A stretch of 61,242 bases of DNA from Promethearchaeota archaeon (GCA_019057865.1 JAHLWP010000024.1:1-61242); one strand, 5' to 3'. Counted from the stretch's first letter, positions 51,376 through 61,035 are shown. The notes: generated by a model from the sequence alone, not told the origin. Program-made: numbers and translations.

Positions 51376-53400
51376 TTAAATATCTAATGTTTTAACTTTA
51401 TCAAAATTGCTAATAATAAATTTTTTTCGACCCTTTACCTCTTTGCCCATCAATTTTGTAAAGATTAAATCATTTTCGAGATAGTTTTCATATGTTACTT
51501 TTTTCAATCTTCTTGAGTCTCTTTTCATTGTAGTGTCATATAGTTCATCAGAGTTCATTTCACCTAGACCCTTGAAGCGTTGAATTTTGATTGATTCAAC
51601 ATTCTTAAGTTTATATTTTGTTTTGATGATTTTGAGAAGAACTTCTTTTTCATTATCTGAATATACGTATTCTTTTGTTTTTTTATAAGAAACTTTATAT
51701 AATGGTGCAACAGCTATAAATAAATACCCATTATCTATTATTGGTCGCATATATCTAAAGAAGAATGTAAGTAAAAGAGTTTCAATATGTTTTCCATCAA
51801 TATCACTATCACACATAATTATTACCTTATGATATCGTAGTTTACTTAAATTGAAGTTTTCTTCAATTTCTTCTCCATTCTCTTCTAATTCTCCATTGGT
51901 TCCGTTTGTTTGACTGGAATCTTGAAATCCAACTCCCAAAGCTTTTATAATAGCTTGAATTTCGTTGTTTTGTAATACTTTATCTATTCTAGCTTTTTCG
52001 ACATTGAGAATTTTACCTCTAATTGGAAGAATTGCTTGATAAGTCCTATCTCTTCCTTGTTTTGCTGGACCACCTGCTGAATCTCCTTCTACTATGAAAA
52101 TCTCTACTTTTTCTGGATCATTTGATGAGCAATCAGCAAGTTTTCCAGGCATTCTTGCACTGTCTAATGCTGATTTTCTTCGTATTAATGTTCTCGCTTT
52201 TTGAGCAGCTTCTCTTGCTATCTTTGCATTAATAGTTTTTAAAACAATCCTTTTAGCAGTTTGCGGGTGTTCTTCGAAATACTGAGTTAATTTTTCAGTA
52301 ACAATTTGGCTAACAATTTGTCTGATTTCGGGATTACCTAACTTTATTTTTGTCTGACTTTCAAATTGAGGATCGGGAAGTTTAACAGAGATTACTGCAG
52401 ATAGACCTTCTCTTGTATCACTTCCACTTAATACATGTCCTTTATACTTCTTTTCCATAAAGTTTTCTACATATGAGTTAAATGCCCTTGTTAAAGCGGA
52501 TTTAAAACCAGTTAAATGAACTCCACCTTCAATTGTATTTATAGTATTTGCATAAGAGAGAATAGTTGTTTGATATCCTTGATTATATTGTATCGCAATA
52601 TCGCAAAGTACCACTGATCCATCTTTATCTTTATAAGAGTCGCTTATGTAAATAATATCATTATGTAGTGGTTGTTTATCCTTGTTTAAATAGGAGATAA
52701 ATTCTTTAAGACCACCCTCATAATGAAATTCTTCTTTAACGTCGGTTATTTTATCATTAAGTTCAAACCTAGTATGAGGTGTAAGAAAAGCTAACTCTCT
52801 TATCCTATTAGAAATCGTAGAAGGATTGAAAATACGTTCTATATTATCGAATTCAAAAATTTCCCTATCTGGATAAAAGGTTATTTTAGTATAAGATTCC
52901 TCAGTAGTTACCTTAGTTATATCTGGTTCTGATACTTTTTTACCTTTAGAAAACTTTTGTTTATAGCAAAGCCCATCGCGGCAAATCTCTACATCCATCC
53001 ATTCTGCTAAAGCATTGACAACCGATAAACCAACGCCGTGTAATCCACCAGAAATTTTATAACTTTTATTGTCAAATTTTCCACCAGAATGTAAATATTC
53101 CATAATAACTTCGAGGGCCGGTTTATTGTATTCAGGATGATTATCGATAGGAATACCTCTACCATTATCAAATATTTGGACAGAATTGTTTTTATTTAGG
53201 GTTATTTTTATCTCATCCGCGAACTCGCCCATTGCTTCGTCGACACAGTTATCCAAAACTTCAAAAATAAGATGATGGAGGCCCTTCTTTCCTGTGGAGC
53301 CAATATAGAGCGCTGGTCTCTTCCTAACACCTTCCAAACCCTTTAAAACCTTTATGTCCTCAGCCTGATAAGAGTTTTGGTCAGAGGATTTATCATTCAT
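51376..53400 (-). CDS. gyrB: DNA gyrase subunit B
   Basis: VRKRP..YIG, SGGLHGVG, EGDSAGG, PIRGKILN, QRFKGLGEMN. Confidence 0.97.
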   Translation of the reverse strand: MNDKSSDQNSYQAEDIKVLKGLEGVRKRPALYIGSTGKKGLHHLIFEVLDNCVDEAMGEFADEIKITLNKNNSVQIFDNGRGIPIDNHPEYNKPALEVIMEYLHSGGKFDNKSYKISGGLHGVGLSVVNALAEWMDVEICRDGLCYKQKFSKGKKVSEPDITKVTTEESYTKITFYPDREIFEFDNIERIFNPSTISNRIRELAFLTPHTRFELNDKITDVKEEFHYEGGLKEFISYLNKDKQPLHNDIIYISDSYKDKDGSVVLCDIAIQYNQGYQTTILSYANTINTIEGGVHLTGFKSALTRAFNSYVENFMEKKYKGHVLSGSDTREGLSAVISVKLPDPQFESQTKIKLGNPEIRQIVSQIVTEKLTQYFEEHPQTAKRIVLKTINAKIAREAAQKARTLIRRKSALDSARMPGKLADCSSNDPEKVEIFIVEGDSAGGPAKQGRDRTYQAILPIRGKILNVEKARIDKVLQNNEIQAIIKALGVGFQDSSQTNGTNGELEENGEEIEENFNLSKLRYHKVIIMCDSDIDGKHIETLLLTFFFRYMRPIIDNGYLFIAVAPLYKVSYKKTKEYVYSDNEKEVLLKIIKTKYKLKNVESIKIQRFKGLGEMNSDELYDTTMKRDSRRLKKVTYENYLENDLIFTKLMGKEVKGRKKFIISNFDKVKTLDI

Positions 53401-53676
53401 AAGAAAATGACCTGTAGAATTTTAATTTGTAATTATAAAAATATTCAAAATACCATTATATTTTGCTGATTTACATATAATAAATAGTAATACTCAAATT
53501 TAAATATAAGCTCAAATCTTTTTAGCTCAAAAATAACAATATGTCTTAATTATTAACCAGAATTTATATATATCAAAAATTGTAAGAGATTTTCTCAAAT
53601 CTATCCTAATTTTAAAATAATTCTTTATTTTGGCCCAAATCTTAAGAGATCACAAAAATTAAAAAATGACTATTAT

Positions 53677-54540
53677 TTACTGATATCTTCTAATTTCTTC
53701 AGCCATTTTTACAATATCTAATAATTGGTTATTCACATCATGAGTTCGAATAATATGAGTACCATTATAAACTGCTATCGCAGTAGAAGAAAGTGTTCCA
53801 TTTAGTCGATTTTCAGGGTCAGGAATATTCAGTGTTGTTCCTATAAAAGATTTTCTTGATACAGCAATCAATATGGGTTTATTAAGTTGCCTTAGTTTAT
53901 TCAAATTCCCTATGATTTTTAAATCATATATATGTACTTTCTTTTCAATCCATTTTCCAATTCCAGGATCTAATACAATATTATTCTCAGCATATCCATT
54001 GGTTTCAAGTTTTTTTATAGTTTTTTCAAATTCTTTAATTATTTCTTCAATTGTACATAAATCTCCAGGAATTTTTTTAGACGCCATCAAAATTACAGGA
54101 AGATTATTTTCAATAATAAATTCTTGTAAGGAAGGATCTGTTTTTAAACAGCTTACATCGTTGATTATTATTTTTCTTTTTGATTTAAGAGAGATATCAT
54201 AAGCAATTTGAGCAACATTACTGTACTGTGTATCAACTGATATTATTATATCTTCAGGAATTATTTTACAAACTAATTCCATAGCGGGGGTTAACCGACT
54301 AATCTCTTCTTCGATAGTTATTTTATCTGACCAAGGAGCAGTAGATCGAGCTCCTAAATCAAGCATTTTTGCTCCATTTTTTATCATATCTAAGGTGGCA
54401 TTCTCTATTTCCCTATCGTCAGAATAAACTGATCCTTGGTAAAAGGATTCGGGGCTTAAATTTAAAACTCCCATAATCACTGTAGGAAAATCATCTCCAA
54501 TTTCTAAGAAATCATAAATTTTTGAATAGATTTTTTTCAT
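53677..54540 (-). CDS. folP: dihydropteroate synthase
   Basis: IMGVLNLSPESF, SVDT, INDVS, DPGIG, SRKSFIG, IRTHDV. Confidence 0.93.
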   Translation of the reverse strand: MKKIYSKIYDFLEIGDDFPTVIMGVLNLSPESFYQGSVYSDDREIENATLDMIKNGAKMLDLGARSTAPWSDKITIEEEISRLTPAMELVCKIIPEDIIISVDTQYSNVAQIAYDISLKSKRKIIINDVSCLKTDPSLQEFIIENNLPVILMASKKIPGDLCTIEEIIKEFEKTIKKLETNGYAENNIVLDPGIGKWIEKKVHIYDLKIIGNLNKLRQLNKPILIAVSRKSFIGTTLNIPDPENRLNGTLSSTAIAVYNGTHIIRTHDVNNQLLDIVKMAEEIRRYQ

Positions 54541-54596
54541 GCTATATCAAGAAAAGAAAAAAAGTATATCAAATAAGTTTAATTTTTTTACCTACA

Positions 54597-55382
54597 ATGG
54601 AATTGTTTTCAATAAAGCTACCACTAATTAAAGAGAATGCTCCCCTATTAGACATTATAATAAAAAATATTAAGAAATCAGGGAAATCGTTAAAAGAAGG
54701 AGATATAATTGTAATTGCTGAGAAAGTAATCGCAACATCTCAAGGACGAGTAGTCAAATTATCTGAAGTAAAAGAGATATCAGAAAAAGCAAAAGAATTT
54801 GCTATTAAATATGATATGGATGAAAGATACGTGGAATTAATTCTTCGAGAAGCCTCAATGATACTAGGAGGAATGAGGCATGTTATATTAGCAAAAGTTA
54901 ATGATTTTCTAATAGCTAATGCCGGAATTGACCAATCTAATGCTGGTCCTGATAATGTTGTTTTATTACCAAAAAATCTTAATGAAGTGGTCTGGGATTA
55001 TTGGAAAGAACTGAAGAAAGTATTTAACATAAATAAATTAGGAGTTATTATATCTGACTCGAGAGTACAACCTCTTAGGAAGGGTACGATTGGAATAGCG
55101 ATAGCTACCGCTGGATTTGAACCAATTGAAGATCTACGTGGTCATCCAGATCTTTTTGGTAGACCTTTAGAGATTACTATGAGAGCCATTGCTGATGATC
55201 TTACAAGTGCGGCTCAATTTCTTTTAAGCGAAGCTGATAAACAAACTCCCGTTGTTATTATTAGAGGCAGTAATGTTGAATTTACTGAAAATCCGAAAAC
55301 AACTCCAGAAATGGCTCCAGAAGAATGTCTTTATATGAATATATTCTCCAAATACCTTCTTAAAAAACAAGAAGAAAATTAG
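54597..55382 (+). CDS. cofE: coenzyme F420-0:L-glutamate ligase
   Basis: LPLIK, DIIVIAEKV, ANAGIDQSN, DLFGRPL..T.RAIAD, TPVVIIRG; start moved to the ATG at 54597. Confidence 0.92.
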   Translation: MELFSIKLPLIKENAPLLDIIIKNIKKSGKSLKEGDIIVIAEKVIATSQGRVVKLSEVKEISEKAKEFAIKYDMDERYVELILREASMILGGMRHVILAKVNDFLIANAGIDQSNAGPDNVVLLPKNLNEVVWDYWKELKKVFNINKLGVIISDSRVQPLRKGTIGIAIATAGFEPIEDLRGHPDLFGRPLEITMRAIADDLTSAAQFLLSEADKQTPVVIIRGSNVEFTENPKTTPEMAPEECLYMNIFSKYLLKKQEEN

Positions 55383-55423
55383 ATTTAGGAATTTTTTATA
55401 AAAGCATTTAATTGTGAAATGGA

Positions 55424-56017
55424 ATGGAAAATATCTTCCGATTAAAAAGAGTCCAAGTTGAACCAGCTGCTAAAGTGCTTGCTAGAGCTTTTGAAAATGA
55501 TCCTTTACACATAGCTTACTTTCCAGATCCTAATAAAAGATTAAAGCAAAATTATCATTTAATGATATTTTGCATTCGATTTTGTATGAGATTTGGTGAA
55601 GTCTACACTACATCACCTAACTTAGAAGGAATTGTCCTGTGGATACTAGTGGATCCGAAAGTAAACCAGCAAGAAAATCCTGGGAGCTTATTTGCAAATT
55701 GGATTAATTTTAGATTAGTGGTTGCTTTAGGTAAAGCAATGGAAAAAGTAGAATTTATTTATGAGTATACGCGTTCAATACATTACAAGCTCATTCCTTC
55801 ATTACATTGGGCCGGTTTTATTATTGGAGTAGATCCAGAATTTCAAGGAAAAGGATATGCCAGCAGTTTGATTAGACCTATGCTTGCTCGGATAGATAAA
55901 GATCATTTAGGGTGTTATCTTGATACTAACAAAGAAAAGAATGTAGGATTGTATCAACACTTTGGTTTCAAAGTCTTGAAAAGATATCAAATCCCTGGAA
56001 CTAATGTTATAAATTAG
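55424..56017 (+). CDS. GNAT family N-acetyltransferase
   Basis: GVDPEFQGKGYAS, NVGLYQHFGF. Confidence 0.9.
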   Translation: MENIFRLKRVQVEPAAKVLARAFENDPLHIAYFPDPNKRLKQNYHLMIFCIRFCMRFGEVYTTSPNLEGIVLWILVDPKVNQQENPGSLFANWINFRLVVALGKAMEKVEFIYEYTRSIHYKLIPSLHWAGFIIGVDPEFQGKGYASSLIRPMLARIDKDHLGCYLDTNKEKNVGLYQHFGFKVLKRYQIPGTNVIN

Positions 56018-56139
56018 TCAATGTTAAGAGAAAATCCACTATAATTTTAGACCATATTATTTAATAATTCAGTCAAATTTTTTAGAAATCGTTAACTAAC
56101 TAAGACATACTAATTGTAAACTATTCTTTTAATTTAAAA

Positions 56140-57441
56140 ATGACAGAATCAAAATATACAACTATAGAAGAAGCTCTAAACAAGGGTTCTACTGATGTGA
56201 ATCTAAGAGGTTGGGTATACAGAGAAAGAAAATCAAATAAGTTTGTATTCATTGTTTTACGGGATGAATCTGATATAATACAATGTGTTATATCCAAAGA
56301 AAAAAATCCAAAACTCTTTGAAAAAGCTGAAAAACTGACTATTGAATCTTCAGTTATGATTTCGGGAGAATTAAAGAAGGATGAAAGAGCTCCCACTGGC
56401 TATGAAATTTCTATATCTGATTTGGAAATACTCCAAATTGCTGAACCATTTCCAATCACTGAACACCAATCACCTGAACTTTTATATGATAATAGACATT
56501 TATGGTTAAGATCAAGGAAATTAAATGCTGTCTTAAAAATTAGGCACACTATTGTTGGAGCAATTCATGAATTTTTTAGAAGTCATGGATATTATGAATT
56601 CGATGCGCCAGTCTTCCAACCTAGTCAGTCCGAAGGTGGTGCCACTTTATTCGAAGTTAAATATTTTGAAGATAAGACTTATCTTAGCCAAACTTGGCAG
56701 TTATATGCTGAAGCAGCTATCTTTTCTTTAGGAAAGATTTACAATATGGGACCAACATTTCGAGCAGAAAGATCAAAAACCTCAAGGCATTTAGCAGAGT
56801 TTTGGATGGCTGAAATGGAGGCTGCATGGATGGAGCTGGAAGAGGTTACCGAAGTTGCTAAAGATGAAATCAGGTTTATAGTTCAACAAGTTTTGAAACA
56901 TAATCGAAAGGAACTTGAAATCTTGGAAAGAGATATCAAATTACTAGAGCATTATGCAAAAGCAGAATATCCTACTATTAAATACGCGGAAGCTCTAGAT
57001 CTCTTAAATAATAAATACAAAATGAACGTACCTTGGGGTAAGGACTTAAGAACTATCGAAGAAGCAAAAATCGCTGAACATTTTAAAGTTCCTGTTGTTG
57101 TTACACATTATCCTATAGAGATTATGGGTTTTTATAAACCACCAAGTAAAGAAAATCCTAAAGAAGCATTATGTTTTGATATGTTAGCCCCTGAAGGATA
57201 TTGTGAAATAGTTGGTGGATCTGAAAGAAGTCTGTTAGTTGAAGATATGGTAAAAAGATTAAAAGCAGATGGTGAAGACCCAAGCAATTATGATTGGTAT
57301 TTTGATTTGAGAAAGTATGGAAGCGTACCTCATTCAGGGTATGGTGTGGGTGTAGAAAGAGTTGTTATGTGGATTTGTGGATTGGATAATATTAAGGATG
57401 CTATACCATTCCCACGGACTCTAAGGCGGAGAACTCCGTGA
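56140..57441 (+). CDS. asnS: asparagine--tRNA ligase
   Basis: RHLWLRS, FRAERSKTSRHLAEFWMAE, EIVGGSER, YDWYFDLRKYGSVPHSG. Confidence 0.95.
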   Translation: MTESKYTTIEEALNKGSTDVNLRGWVYRERKSNKFVFIVLRDESDIIQCVISKEKNPKLFEKAEKLTIESSVMISGELKKDERAPTGYEISISDLEILQIAEPFPITEHQSPELLYDNRHLWLRSRKLNAVLKIRHTIVGAIHEFFRSHGYYEFDAPVFQPSQSEGGATLFEVKYFEDKTYLSQTWQLYAEAAIFSLGKIYNMGPTFRAERSKTSRHLAEFWMAEMEAAWMELEEVTEVAKDEIRFIVQQVLKHNRKELEILERDIKLLEHYAKAEYPTIKYAEALDLLNNKYKMNVPWGKDLRTIEEAKIAEHFKVPVVVTHYPIEIMGFYKPPSKENPKEALCFDMLAPEGYCEIVGGSERSLLVEDMVKRLKADGEDPSNYDWYFDLRKYGSVPHSGYGVGVERVVMWICGLDNIKDAIPFPRTLRRRTP

Positions 57442-57590
57442 GGAGGTTCGGGGAAGAAAATCTCTTTACTTACCAAAGAGGCTTACTCCTCAAATCTCAT
57501 ATGGGGGATTGTTTAAATGATTTGTAGACTCCGAAAAGATATCTGTTAATTCCGAGGCGCCAACGCGCCTTTTAACAGAAATAAACTCCA
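57439..57590 (+). ncRNA. unidentified structured RNA element
   Basis: At least six helices and a 7-bp pseudoknot in a GC-richer island; G-U pairs favour the + strand. Confidence 0.5.
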
Positions 57591-57675
57591 TGATCTATGA
57601 AACTATTTGTCAATATATAAATTTAATGACAGTAGCAATATAGAAACTAATTAAAAATAAAAAAATAAAAAAATT

Positions 57676-60600
57676 TTATGGGCGTTTTCGATCTAAGCTA
57701 TTATAATAGCTCTCTAATAATCTCTTAAACACGTCAGAACCGAGAGTTAATCGATAGAATCCTTTAGAAATAATTGGCTCATCAAATACGTATGTCTCAT
57801 CTCCAAGCTTCGTCTTTGGATATACTCTATTTTTAATTTCAAATAAATCTTTGATCTCTTTTAATAAATCCTCGCTAGCAGAGAGAATCTGAGCTGTATA
57901 TTTGGCACGTGGGGATGTTTTCCCCATATATTGTCCGTCCCCATCATAAAATCCAAGAAGCCATGCATGAGCAACTTTCCCATAGCTTGTCTCTGACCAA
58001 TGGACATATGTATTCTCTACTTCCTTTTTGGCTAATCTAATAACTTCTTTTATAATAGAAGGAACACTTTTTCTTTCACTCTTAGATCCAAAAAGACCCA
58101 ACTCCTTCAATGTCTCATGCATAGGCTTGCAACAAAAATCAATAGCATTGCACTCATATATTCTTATTTCAGATTTATAAGTACGGAGCCGCGCTCGGTA
58201 ATAAATCCGACTTTCATCAAATCCAACTAATTCACCAAATTTCTTAAGATGGTCTTTATCTTTTACTGATAGTTCAGTACCAACAGTATACCGTCCGTCG
58301 TCTGAAACATAACCATCAGCACAAAGAAAACCAAGCCAATAGGCTGCAACTGGATTTTGAAGTATATCTGAAAAGAAGTTTGGGTTTGTAATAGTATATT
58401 GTTGTAAACTATATTCCTTTAGATCAGGATTAAGAGATATAAATCTCTCAATTATATATAAGACCTTCCTAAAAGAATATTTAAGTACCTCTAAATTTTC
58501 AGCTAACCCGCTTAATACTTCTTTACTAAAGGCAAAATTAGAGTTATAATCTCTATTGCTAGGATCTGTTAATCGTGCTTGAATCTGTGATATATAAGAT
58601 ACTGACATTCCAAATAAGACGCTTAATTCTGTCTTTGATACTGTAAGTTCACCAGATACTCTTCCTAATTCATGCTGAAAATTCTCAGTAAATTCAAACA
58701 GCGTAATTTCATTACTTGTATATTGTCGAATTATTTCTATAAGACCTAAGGATTTCGCACCAAATCTATTAATAGACTTCTCTTTAAGAAAATTCAAATC
58801 ATCCTCCTTAAATTGATATATTGGATTCTTATTTCGCTTATAATATTTAATACCATTGATAAATTTGTCATTTCCTTTCCAAAATTGTGATAAATCCTTT
58901 TCTGAAAAATGATAAACTCTTTTAGGGAATATTTTTGCTAATGCTTCGGGCTGACTTTTTAGCTCACTCATTAAATCTTGTATAAATTCTATTGTAGAAT
59001 AAGAATGTAGTACAGAATAAGCTTGTTTAATAAATATTTTTTTCGAATATTGTTTCAAGACATCATACTTTTTAGATAGATTATTAAGAAATTTGTATTT
59101 TATTTCCCTAATAAGCCACGGATTCCACCAATACTGTTCTTGAAAATAAGCCTTGAATCCACTTATATTAAAATATAATAGAAGGTGAATTTTGTTTTTA
59201 TTTAGAATTTTAGTTATAATAGAGTTTAATCTATCCCTATCTTTTTCAGTAATTTTCACATTTTTATACTTTCTTAAAAATTCTTCGAATTCTTCATACT
59301 TGGAAAAATTTTGGAGTATTTCTTTCAATATTTGTTTAAGTTCAGAGCTGAGCTCCTCTTCTGCAGATCCTTCTATCCATTTTTTAAGTTTCTTTTGCCA
59401 TTTCTCCTCTTGTTGTTCTTTCTCTTTTAGTTCTTTAGTTTTTAATTCTTGCTGTTCTAACCATTGGCTAAATCCTTTTGTCTCTTTTCTTGCATATATC
59501 GGTCTTTTACCAGTTTCTTGGCGATATAATTGCTGAAGCATATTATATTCTTCTTCCTCTGTTTCTTCACTTTCTGACTTTTTTTCTTTCTCTATAGATT
59601 CCTTGCTTTTTTCTTGAAAAGACTGCTCTTCATCTACTTCGATATCATCTAATTCTGTGTAGATCTCTTCTTCTGCTTCTTTTCTTTCTATTGATTGTTG
59701 AGTTTCACTATTCTCATCGTTATTATAAATAGAAATTTGCCCAAATTGTTCTTGATTTTCAAGATCCAAATGTTCTTCATCAATTTCAACCTGTTCGATT
59801 CTTAATTCTTCACTCACATCTTTTTCTTGTTCATTTTGTTGGTTTTCTTCTAATTCACTTAGGAAAAAATCATCTGCAATTTCTTCCATTTTTTCATCGA
59901 TTTCTTTTTGAAATTTTCCTTGCTGGTATAATTCTTGTTCACTATCTGCAAAGTATTCTATCGCATCTACTCTATCAATCTCTTCTCTTACATCCTCATC
60001 ATTTTCTTCATCTTCATGGTCAATTGACTTTAATTTCTCTTTTTCTTGTTGTTCATAGAGCTTTTCAACACTTTTTAAGAGATTATAAGTTTCTTCTGCT
60101 TCCTGCATTAAATTCCTTATTTCTTCAGAACTCTTCCCTTCTTGTTCATACTGTTCATATTTTTCCCAAAGATAATCAAACTCTTCTGGCTCTATCTCTG
60201 CTTCTTCTGATGTATCATTGACATCTTCCCCTTGTGCATCACCAGAAAGTATTTCCTCAATATGCTCTTCCTTCTGATCTTCTGTAATTTCTTTTTCTTG
60301 TTCCTCTAATTCTTGGGCCTCTTCCTTTTCTTCTTTATTACTATTTCTTTCTTTAATTTCCCTATAAGCTTGCTCTGCATTAAAAGCAGTATTATCATTT
60401 TCTTCTTCAGGATAGCCTAACTTCTCATCATATTCTTTCAGCATGCGCCCCAATTCTTCCATATCCCTAACAAATTCTATCTCTTCGGTATCAATAATAG
60501 GATCTTTGTCATTTTCGTATTCTTCTGGATCTATCTCAACTACTTCTTCCTCATTCTCTCTTTGATCCTCTTCCTGCTCATATTCCTCGCTTTCTTCTTG

Positions 60601-61035
60601 ATATTCTCCTTCTATTTTCGGTTTTTCAGGTATTAATACAGTACTTTGAGAACCAATATTCTCATATTCTCCTTCTTTTTCAGCATTTTCAGCATATTCC
60701 TCATTTTTATCCTCACTCTGATCATTTTTTTCTTTACTCCAATCTATCTCGTTCCACTTACTTTCATTCTCCTGCTCATCTTTTTCTCCTTTACTCCAGT
60801 CAATCTCATTCCATTTACTCCCTTCTCGTTCACTTGAAGTTTCTTCGCTCCAATCGATCTTGCCCCATTTCGAGTCATCGGACTCTTCACCTAATTTCTC
60901 TCTTACATCATCATCCTTCGCCTCTTTAATTATATCGGATTCTTGTTCTTTTTCCACTTCCGAATAAGTCTCCTCACGTTCTTTATCTGAATTGGACTCT
61001 CCTTTTTCCCCAACCTCTCCTATCTCATCATTCAT
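57676..61035 (-). CDS. large protein: ~550-aa acidic low-complexity N-terminus and C-terminal double-motif LAGLIDADG domain
   Basis: AYWLGFLCADG and WLLGFYDGDG; last ~440 aa align by eye with those of 43145-46069; upstream GAGGAGG SD. Confidence 0.85.
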   Translation of the reverse strand: MNDEIGEVGEKGESNSDKEREETYSEVEKEQESDIIKEAKDDDVREKLGEESDDSKWGKIDWSEETSSEREGSKWNEIDWSKGEKDEQENESKWNEIDWSKEKNDQSEDKNEEYAENAEKEGEYENIGSQSTVLIPEKPKIEGEYQEESEEYEQEEDQRENEEEVVEIDPEEYENDKDPIIDTEEIEFVRDMEELGRMLKEYDEKLGYPEEENDNTAFNAEQAYREIKERNSNKEEKEEAQELEEQEKEITEDQKEEHIEEILSGDAQGEDVNDTSEEAEIEPEEFDYLWEKYEQYEQEGKSSEEIRNLMQEAEETYNLLKSVEKLYEQQEKEKLKSIDHEDEENDEDVREEIDRVDAIEYFADSEQELYQQGKFQKEIDEKMEEIADDFFLSELEENQQNEQEKDVSEELRIEQVEIDEEHLDLENQEQFGQISIYNNDENSETQQSIERKEAEEEIYTELDDIEVDEEQSFQEKSKESIEKEKKSESEETEEEEYNMLQQLYRQETGKRPIYARKETKGFSQWLEQQELKTKELKEKEQQEEKWQKKLKKWIEGSAEEELSSELKQILKEILQNFSKYEEFEEFLRKYKNVKITEKDRDRLNSIITKILNKNKIHLLLYFNISGFKAYFQEQYWWNPWLIREIKYKFLNNLSKKYDVLKQYSKKIFIKQAYSVLHSYSTIEFIQDLMSELKSQPEALAKIFPKRVYHFSEKDLSQFWKGNDKFINGIKYYKRNKNPIYQFKEDDLNFLKEKSINRFGAKSLGLIEIIRQYTSNEITLFEFTENFQHELGRVSGELTVSKTELSVLFGMSVSYISQIQARLTDPSNRDYNSNFAFSKEVLSGLAENLEVLKYSFRKVLYIIERFISLNPDLKEYSLQQYTITNPNFFSDILQNPVAAYWLGFLCADGYVSDDGRYTVGTELSVKDKDHLKKFGELVGFDESRIYYRARLRTYKSEIRIYECNAIDFCCKPMHETLKELGLFGSKSERKSVPSIIKEVIRLAKKEVENTYVHWSETSYGKVAHAWLLGFYDGDGQYMGKTSPRAKYTAQILSASEDLLKEIKDLFEIKNRVYPKTKLGDETYVFDEPIISKGFYRLTLGSDVFKRLLESYYNSLDRKRP

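Noticed and set aside
57439-57590. RNase P RNA, SRP RNA or group I intron identity for the structured element
   Set aside because: GAGGAGGUUC and AACAGAA resemble RNase P CR-I/CR-V, and AAGAUAU resembles the group I S element, but the required P4/P7 pairings do not form and the element is too short; no SRP helix 8 motif seen.
57432-57593. BHB intron at the asnS 3' end
   Set aside because: No 4-bp central helix in the registers tested that preserve the Thr-Pro-stop end.
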